A DNA stretch of 64,000 nt from contig JAVKOQ020000017.1 of assembly GCA_031835245.2 (NCBI GenBank), positions 124,001 to 188,000 on the forward strand, in the 5' to 3' direction. Both the position numbers and the translations under genes were made by a program. Shown here piece after piece: positions 62,016 through 64,000 of the stretch. Numbering within the stretch: the first letter of the stretch is position 1; every line of letters starts with the position of its first letter. This DNA is from Balamuthia mandrillaris. Its lineage: Eukaryota. The notes under the pieces were generated by a model, which did no database searches, had not been told where the DNA came from, and saw nothing but the letters and a program-made list of their open reading frames with translations.

Positions 62016-64000
62016 TTACTTTGTTGAGGATGATGACCTCTTCAACCCGCGTCGCCATAACCGAACAAGAGCTGTCCATATGATGGGCAACGCGCAGCGT
62101 GGATAGAAGAACCAAACCTTGCTGCGACCGCCCATCATAGCGGTTGCCCATGCCCCAACGAAGCTGTCTCCTTGCCATTTGATGACTTCGGCACCTGCAT
62201 CCAACAGAACTGGAAACCGCCGCAACAGGGCTAATATTATGTATGCTCTTTTGTCCGATGCAAAGAAAAAGAAAGATGAGTTGTTTGTTCAAACAAAAAG
62301 AGGGGAGAAAGAGAGAGGGAAGCACAAAGGAAAAGTACAATGTAAACTCCCATCCAAACTCACGAGTCCAACGAGTGTGATACATTTTCATCCTACGTTC
62401 GCTGGTGTTATTCTCGTTCAATGCTAATACCAAAGTCTCTGCAGCAATCTTAGCTGCTCTCATGCCAAAATGAACACCACCTACATAAATAATAATTAGT
62501 ATTTTAAGCCTTGTTGTACTGTTGTGCTTTGTTTTACACGTTACCTCCAGTGAGCGGATCCACTTGACCAGCAGCATCTCCAATCACCAAAAAAGCTTCG
62601 TCATAACTCTTCGGTATGCCACCAACTCGCATGGATGCAAACTGCAGATAACAAATTCCGCCAATAAAACTTAGCCAACTCAAGAAAGCCAATGGAGAAA
62701 GACAAAGAGAGAAAGAGCGCTGATGCTTACTTTGCAGGGAGTGATGACCACGTTAGGACCAAGAGCTTTTGCGATGTGAGGATCGCTCTCCAGGAAACGT
62801 TGATAGATGGCCTGTAACTTGGATGGTTTTGGATTCTGCCATGCTCCATCACAAGGAATAAAATAACAGCACAAGTTCAAAAAGTCTTCTAGTTCATGAA
62901 AAACTGTTGCAAAAGGTATAGCAAGAAAAGGGGTAAGTTTGTGAGAAGTAAATCTGGAACAGCAGACAAGATGTGAATAAGCATATCATAAATATTACCA
63001 ACAAAGAAACCAGGAAGAAGACTTCGATTGTAGAATACCACATGATCAGCATCAGCTGGAAAAGAGTGTGTTCCAGCCTAAAGGCAAATAAGTGTAAGAG
63101 CTCTGCAACGGATAGAAAGATAGAAACTAAGAAACCTTAGCAAACGAACGACAACAGTAAGTATCGGGTGGGCTGGTAACAACGCCTAAACTGCGAGCGA
63201 TCAGTGAGTCAGCTCCATCCGCTGCTACCAGCGTTCGAGCATGAAAATGATCTGAATTCCAAAAGTATAAGAACTGAGGATAGAAAAAGCGAAAAGGAGA
63301 AAGAAGACAAACGATATTGGTCGTCTTGTTCTTGGTTGGCAACATTAATTCGCCACCGTTTATGCTTTGTGTCATACGCCACGCCCTATTTTAAACGTTT
63401 GCAGGTTAATGAGTAAATGCCCAAGAAGACAGAAAATAGCAATGGAAAAGCAAAAGCAGAACAAGAAACGACAAGACAGCAAGAAAGAAAGAGAAAGAAA
63501 GAACAAAAACAAGAAAGAGAAGATAAGCGTTACCGAGACTTCAACGCCATCCAACAAAGTGGCACCAGCACCTTCCGCAGCGAACGCTAGTCTCTCATCT
63601 AGAATGATCCGTTGCACCGACAACAGCCGCTCTCCTGTTGTTAGCTTTCCGATGAAGCTTTTGCCGCCTGGACTTACGAAACCTCCTGAACTTCCCTTTA
63701 TATATTGTAAGAAGAACAGTAAAAAGACTGAAAAATGAAGAAAAGAAGAAGAAGAAAAGGAAGGAGAAGAAGAAGAAGACGAAGACGAAGGAGAAGAAGA
63801 AGCACGCATAAGACTAAAAGAAGAAGAACAGGAACAAGAACAAGAAGAAAAATGAGAAGAGGAAGAACTAACCCATCTGCACTCCTTCTCAGCAATGAGC
63901 AAAGGCAAGACGGCCATATCCTCCAGGATGGCCTGGGCCATGGGCGTGATGACATCGCCGCAGACCTTGTCGTGTGGGTACCTCTTCCTCTCCAGCAGCA
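62016..64000 (-). CDS. Geranylgeranyl-reductase-family FAD-dependent oxidoreductase (5' end beyond window; multi-exon)
   Basis: LLERKRYPHDKVCGD, RIILDERLAFAAEGAGA, LVAADGADS, LVIGDAAGQVDPLTGGG. Confidence 0.85.

Overview
Gene-dense, intron-rich eukaryotic DNA with short GT-AG introns full of CT/GA microsatellites. Gene content and style suggest a free-living amoebozoan protist (inference only). About 27 protein-coding genes, mostly housekeeping: DDX51, a PUS1-like synthase, mitochondrial phosphate carrier, USP40, a ZIP transporter, MYBBP1A/Pol5, HSP20, ECHDC3, COMMD8, a Cys/Met PLP enzyme, RBMX2 and a geranylgeranyl-reductase-family enzyme. Highlights: (1) a ~503-bp non-autonomous DNA transposon (40069-40571) with terminal inverted repeats, flanked by TTAA, carrying the Zn-finger/RuvC-III tail of a TnpB/Fanzor RNA-guided nuclease and a hairpin-rich candidate omegaRNA running to the element end; (2) two tandem paralogues fusing a RasGEF to two bacterial-type XylR_N/V4R ligand-binding domains, each with a conserved U12 AT-AC intron and a patchy gene-conversion pattern; (3) an intron-containing CYP152-like fatty-acid peroxygenase of apparent bacterial origin; (4) an FG-nucleoporin with a spliced N-terminal transmembrane anchor (POM121-like architecture); (5) a recurrent GTCGAC(AA) motif just upstream of several start codons. 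All homology calls are motif recognition by eye; no searches were run, and exon boundaries not stated explicitly are approximate.
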